Notes under the pieces: model-generated | What the model was told of the DNA's origin: nothing | The model's input: only the letters and a program-made list of their open reading frames with translations | Database searches by the model: none | From: an uncultured Eubacteriales bacterium | Lineage (GTDB): Bacteria > Acidobacteriota > Aminicenantia > Aminicenantales > Aminicenantaceae | DNA: 64,000 nt | Direction of reading: 5' to 3' | NCBI GenBank assembly: GCA_964347035.1 | Contig: CAYFXE010000002.1 | Span: 17,692-81,691 of the forward strand | Program-made: the position numbers and the translations under genes | Part shown: one piece after another, positions 60,901 through 64,000 of the stretch | Numbering within the stretch: the stretch's first letter is position 1 | How the letters are laid out: every line of letters starts with the position of its first letter

Positions 60901-60938
60901 CCATGAGGTTTTATGTAGGAGCCAGAATAAGATTCTGA
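57903..60938 (+). CDS. CarboxypepD_reg-domain TonB-dependent-receptor-like outer-membrane protein (paralog 3)
   Basis: Signal peptide; 'GTLKVIVVDDTGNVVPGVSLVL'; plug-like 'NLYFLDGMNITG'; C-terminal 'YVGARIRF'. Confidence 0.8.
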   Translation: MRKNFIGIFVMLSIFFISANMLSAQSRTGTLKVIVVDDTGNVVPGVSLVLTSPVMMGEKTLITDPSGGALFINLTPGTYELKSSIPGFQEKVSQNISISLDKQTLLQVEIKPAVIQESVTVTAEVPAVDPTKSVIAEHVRHETVESLPIARDFVSYLQLALGVNMVPNSQGRDMPQDPAGKGGQNYNDRGLQGADSVTGGGKRGSRDNLYFLDGMNITGLSSQTALMKFNNEVIQEQELMTSGVPAEYGGGKGIVGNIVTKSGGNRLSGSANFYVQPKGFFLPFGGNEYDKADKPDTLINESTMLEGYKDNAYDTAATLGGPVIRDKFWFFLSGQYRKNSDTFALSESASSTREEADYSQKRVGFFGKVTFRPTGNDSLTLMYFLDTFDILGERDTNTIKIRQRSREYDYNVFSGYYQRVLANNMIFDIRFGRYIRKYLLAPRFTDEGTPDTVYYLPGSYPSIENYTFGGYKNGYDEKNTRDQFSGSLEWYLSNHRVKLGLMYSNENDKDDRHFYYGEQRNSVDFDLAGVTLGELLDAGIWPESEMNERLIPRLNNNWDSTSEAFDLNNDGVVTREELEKATFSDFNERGLNFMRSLDAKTGPNKVRAARYMGYLMDDWRISDYFTLNAGARIEKHNYYTSEGDVILKMPFRILPRVGLVWNIGARGTHKLTAFYGQFSDPIDFSMVHFAGNISGRVQHEQIWLNGDWYTFRVRGSAEHRDAVWTPNTRDALSHEFSLTHEIDLGEQLVVSSQVYYRMDRRVIEDYDLFTYVENYEGDPVWGHLDLSFEDFGYPSSGPPGEANYFLSNLIGAKRNTVGFDFEVSKRFENGSFVAGQYSFKRARGNSQSDSDADLQGDFIGLDPRNDWMYGPTPGTIPHKIKVFGTYRTPFGLDIGALFYWNSGLIFTESYDFYPGLYSIYYNWPLNEEETLFAKTGQEKAPGYYQIDLKFNYTLRLVERASLQLFCDIYNLTNHQQPIDLQYARNDQQWDYKDTVEILMPMRFYVGARIRF

Positions 60939-60956
60939 TTCGTTGATCATCGATGA

Positions 60957-60992
60957 GGGGGCTGGCACAGCGTGAAGTGTCAGCCCCTTTTT
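60957..60992 (+). terminator. rho-independent terminator
   Basis: Stem GGGGCTGGCAC/GTGTCAGCCCC with one mismatch, followed by TTTTT. Confidence 0.65.
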
Positions 60993-61299
60993 AAATTCTC
61001 AGAAATATTCTCCTCTCTCCTCGGTAGCTATCAGGAATTCGTGCTGCCCATAGCTCTCATCTGGCCTCCTCACCGGGGGCACGGCAACGGATTTACTTCC
61101 TTTAACCTTGAGAATAATCCCAACCCAAGCTTATCCCCGCCCAGCCAATGGAAGGGACAGAGATATCTTCATCGATGATTACAAGTGGCGAGGAGTCTGT
61201 TTATCTCTTGCACTTCATGACCTTATGGGCTTTGTGGCAACTCTTTTGTTTTCTGAGGATTCTTTCATAATAGCGGAATAACACCCGATAGATGTGGAG

Positions 61300-62685
61300 C
61301 TAGAATCTCAAAGTAAAAACAGTTTCGATGTTAGGCTCGGAATGAACACCGATCGTTCCATGGTGCAAACGCATAATTTGTCTGGACAGACTGAGTCCGA
61401 TACCCGAACCGCCTTCTTTGGTGGAAAAAAAGGGAACAAATATCTTCTCTATGTTATCAGAGGATATTCCGGGGCCGTTGTCTTTAACTTGGATGATAAT
61501 CCTGCCTCTTCCATCTAAATTGGCCTCCAAATCGATCCTGCTGTTTTTCTGTTTGGTGAGGGCATGCAGGGAATTAAGAAGGAGGTTTATCAGGACTTGT
61601 TCGATAAGTTCAGGGTCGGCTGTCAATTCTAGGCTCTGCGGCTCAACGTTCATTACAAAGTGAATGCTTTTTTCCTTGATGTCGGTTTGCATGAGCTTCT
61701 CGACTCGAGCAAAGAGTTCTTTGATCGGAAAAATTTGGAAATTGGGCTTTTGAACCAGAGTCAGATTTCTGTAGGCGTCTACAAAATGCAGTAATCCCTG
61801 GCTCCGCTTCTGGATTGTTTGGGCTGCGTGGTGGATATCGGTTAGGGCTTCGCTGTCCACTTTTTTTTCAGGAAGAGGGGGATTATAACTTTCCTTGATC
61901 AATTCATTAATCGTCGTTGCGAGGGAGGATATAGGGGTGATCGAGTTCATGATCTCATGGGTGAGGACCCGGATGAGCTTCTGCCAGGCCTCAATCTCTT
62001 GTTCTTCCAATTCACTTTGAATATCCTGTATGGATACCAAGGAAAATGTTTGCCCCCGGAGCTTAAACTCAGTCGCGTAAAGGGACAGGTGGAGGGGTTC
62101 GTTTTCAAGCTCGACCTTGATCAGAGCTCTATCTCTTGGTTTCAGGTTGAGTAGGGTTTCGACCAGAGGTATGCTCGTCGATTCGAGAGATCGAATATTC
62201 TTGAGCTGGGGAACTTTCAACAGGCGTTTCGCTGCTGTGTTAATGAGTTCCACATCACCGCTGGGTTTAAAGGCAATCAGACCGATACCCACATGCTGGA
62301 CGACAGTTTGCAGGTATCGATAATGTTCTTCTTTCTCAGCTCTTGTCTTTCGAAAGGCATTCATAACATCCGTGAAAGCCATTTTCAGAGCAGAAAACGA
62401 TGCGCCTCGCTTATCATCCTTAAAGGATTGAGAAAAATCGCTGTACTTGATGGATTGAAAAAGACGGGTCAGATCCCGGTTAGTTTTTTCAACATAATTG
62501 ATGAGCGAGTAGATTTGATAGATGATCAAGATGCCAATGATAAAGAGCGCGGCATACAGAGCTGTCCGAAAGAGGAAATAGAAAAAGGCGCAGATGGTTG
62601 CTCCTAAAAGGAGTATGCGTATAATACAGTTGACTCGAAATCGCTTAAAGACCATATTTTTCCAGTCTCCGGTATAATGACGCAC
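61300..62685 (-). CDS. sensor histidine kinase (two adjacent TM helices, PAS-like region, HisKA + HATPase_c)
   Basis: H-box 'LTHEIMNSITPI'; G-boxes 'VKDNGPGI' and 'GGSGIGLSLSRQI'. The start may be the Met at 62655. It overlaps the regulator gene. Confidence 0.85.
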   Translation of the reverse strand: MRHYTGDWKNMVFKRFRVNCIIRILLLGATICAFFYFLFRTALYAALFIIGILIIYQIYSLINYVEKTNRDLTRLFQSIKYSDFSQSFKDDKRGASFSALKMAFTDVMNAFRKTRAEKEEHYRYLQTVVQHVGIGLIAFKPSGDVELINTAAKRLLKVPQLKNIRSLESTSIPLVETLLNLKPRDRALIKVELENEPLHLSLYATEFKLRGQTFSLVSIQDIQSELEEQEIEAWQKLIRVLTHEIMNSITPISSLATTINELIKESYNPPLPEKKVDSEALTDIHHAAQTIQKRSQGLLHFVDAYRNLTLVQKPNFQIFPIKELFARVEKLMQTDIKEKSIHFVMNVEPQSLELTADPELIEQVLINLLLNSLHALTKQKNSRIDLEANLDGRGRIIIQVKDNGPGISSDNIEKIFVPFFSTKEGGSGIGLSLSRQIMRLHHGTIGVHSEPNIETVFTLRF

Positions 62686-64000
62686 GGCTAAGGCCTAACT
62701 CCCTGGCGGCGAGAGTGATGTTTCCCCCATGTTTGTCAATAGCTCTGTGGATGATTAATTTTTCCATTTCTTCCAAGTTGTAATCATCAAAAACGAGAGC
62801 ATCCCCTTTCGACTTCTGAGCAGGGAAGAAGAAATCAGAAGGCTGGAGCACTCGTGTTTCACTCATGATGATGGCTCGTTCAATAGCATGCTGCAGCTCT
62901 CTAACGTTGCCGGGCCAATTATATTTTTCCAGTCTTTTCATAGTGGAAGGGCTCATCCTCTTCAAGGGTTTATGATATTTTTTGCTGTAAATTCTGAGGA
63001 AGTGATCCACGAGGATGGGGATATCTTGCGTTCGTTTCCGAAGCGGTGGCAGTTGAATTTCTACGGTGTTAACTCGGTAGAGAAGATCTTGGCGAAACTC
63101 GTTTTTGGCCACCATGTCATGGATAGACATATTGGTCGCGCAGATAAGGCGGACGTCAATCGGAATAGGTTTATTGGATCCGAGTCGAATGACCTTCCGA
63201 TTTTCTATGACAGTCAGCAGTTTTGCCTGAAGAGTTAGGGGAAGGTTGCCGATTTCATCGAGAAAGAGTGTTCCTCCAGAGGCAATCTCGAAACGCCCAG
63301 CCCGGTCCTCTCTAGCATCAGTGAAAGCACCCTTCACATGGCCGAAGAGTTCACTCTCAAAAAGAGTCTCACTCAGTGCTCCCATATCCACGCTGATAAA
63401 GACTTCCTCAGCCCGAGATGATTGACGATGGAGCTCTCTGGCCACCAATTCCTTTCCTGTGCCATTTTCTCCTAATATGAGCACATTGGCATCGGTTTTA
63501 GCGACTTTTTGGATGGCCAAAAAGACGTTCTGCATGGCTGGACTCTGTCCTATAAAATCGTGATAAGGTTGATCAAGGTCCGCGCTCAACTGTTTCTGTC
63601 TTGAGAGGTGGCTGGCTTCAACCCGGGATTTCCTCAGGTTCATGGCGGCAGAAAGAGTTGCGATAAGCCTTTGGTTCTGCCAGGGCTTGAGGATGAAATC
63701 TGTGGCACCTTCTTTTATGGCCCGAACAGCCATTTCCACGTCTCCGTAGGCAGTGATCAAGACGACAACAGCCGAGGGGTCTATTTCGAGAATTGTATTC
63801 AGCCAGTCAAAACCTTCTTGGCCACTGGTGGCGCCCTTAGCGAAATTCATATCTAGGAAGATGACATCGTAGGTTTCGTTCTTGAGCAGGGAAGGGATGG
63901 CATCCGGCTTATTTTCTGTGTGAACCTGGGCCACATGTTTTTTTAGTAGGAGGCGTAAAGCCTGAAGGATATCTTCATCATCATCGACGACGAGGATTTT
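62645..64000 (-). CDS. NtrC-family sigma-54-dependent response regulator; first few codons lie outside the window
   Basis: The frame is open to base 64000 ('[15 protein letters not shown]...'). Receiver Asp in 'VIFLDMNF'. Walker A 'GENGTGKE'. The loop is 'GAFTDA', a variant of GAFTGA. Fis-type HTH '[17 protein letters not shown]'. Confidence 0.9.
   Translation of the reverse strand, partial: KILVVDDDEDILQALRLLLKKHVAQVHTENKPDAIPSLLKNETYDVIFLDMNFAKGATSGQEGFDWLNTILEIDPSAVVVLITAYGDVEMAVRAIKEGATDFILKPWQNQRLIATLSAAMNLRKSRVEASHLSRQKQLSADLDQPYHDFIGQSPAMQNVFLAIQKVAKTDANVLILGENGTGKELVARELHRQSSRAEEVFISVDMGALSETLFESELFGHVKGAFTDAREDRAGRFEIASGGTLFLDEIGNLPLTLQAKLLTVIENRKVIRLGSNKPIPIDVRLICATNMSIHDMVAKNEFRQDLLYRVNTVEIQLPPLRKRTQDIPILVDHFLRIYSKKYHKPLKRMSPSTMKRLEKYNWPGNVRELQHAIERAIIMSETRVLQPSDFFFPAQKSKGDALVFDDYNLEEMEKLIIHRAIDKHGGNITLAARELGLSRASLYRRLEKYGL

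Noticed and set aside
60961-60976. TGGCAC at 60962 as a sixth sigma-54 promoter.
   Set aside because: There is no GC at the -12 position (the sequence reads ...AGTGT). The TGGCAC is simply part of the terminator stem after the 57903 gene.
60972-61178. 68-aa ORF on the plus strand after receptor-like paralog 3, and a minus-strand 'LVIIDEDISV' receiver-like snippet near 61130-61200.
   Set aside because: The plus ORF starts inside the terminator hairpin and has no SD site. The minus snippet has no start codon, is bounded by a stop immediately upstream, and its similarity to receiver domains fades after about 10 residues.

Overview
This 64-kb window looks like it comes from an uncultivated diderm (Gram-negative) bacterium. 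GC looks moderate by eye, and the taxon cannot be fixed from sequence alone. Gene families such as CarboxypepD_reg/TonB-dependent-receptor-like barrels, GWxTD, sulfatase-like+TPR fusions and a GAFTDA-type sigma-54 activator are reminiscent of Acidobacteriota/FCB-type lineages. I support about 50 protein genes and found no rRNA, tRNA or CRISPR array.

Layout:
- 1-12.9 kb: an ABC-class ATPase, an ECF sigma/anti-sigma pair, and a set of secreted peptidases (tricorn-like S41, M20, S33).
- 13.5-21 kb: a tetraheme cytochrome fusion, an IS91 transposase relic inside a decayed patch, a methyltransferase plus flippase-like pair, an internally deleted GltB-like pseudogene, a di-heme membrane protein and a Spy/CpxP-like chaperone.
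- 22-31.8 kb: an amino-acid permease with a Tat-exported PLP enzyme, a second ECF module, and assorted small enzymes and regulators.
- 32-64 kb, the most interesting part: five perfectly spaced -24/-12 (sigma-54 type) promoter motifs. Most are preceded by a shared TGTCTAA/TTAGACA motif. They sit in front of (i) a LolA-like / beta-barrel / MMPL transporter operon that ends in an FHA-GAF-sigma54 activator, and (ii) reiterated cassettes of ~950-1010-aa CarboxypepD_reg + TonB-dependent-receptor-like outer-membrane proteins, Thr-type sulfatase-like+TPR enzymes, a GWxTD protein and an orphan TPR module. An ECF sigma/anti-sigma set and an NtrC-type two-component system flank this part.

Two families of intergenic hairpin repeats are scattered through the window.

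All functional calls rest on motif and family recognition by eye. No searches were run.
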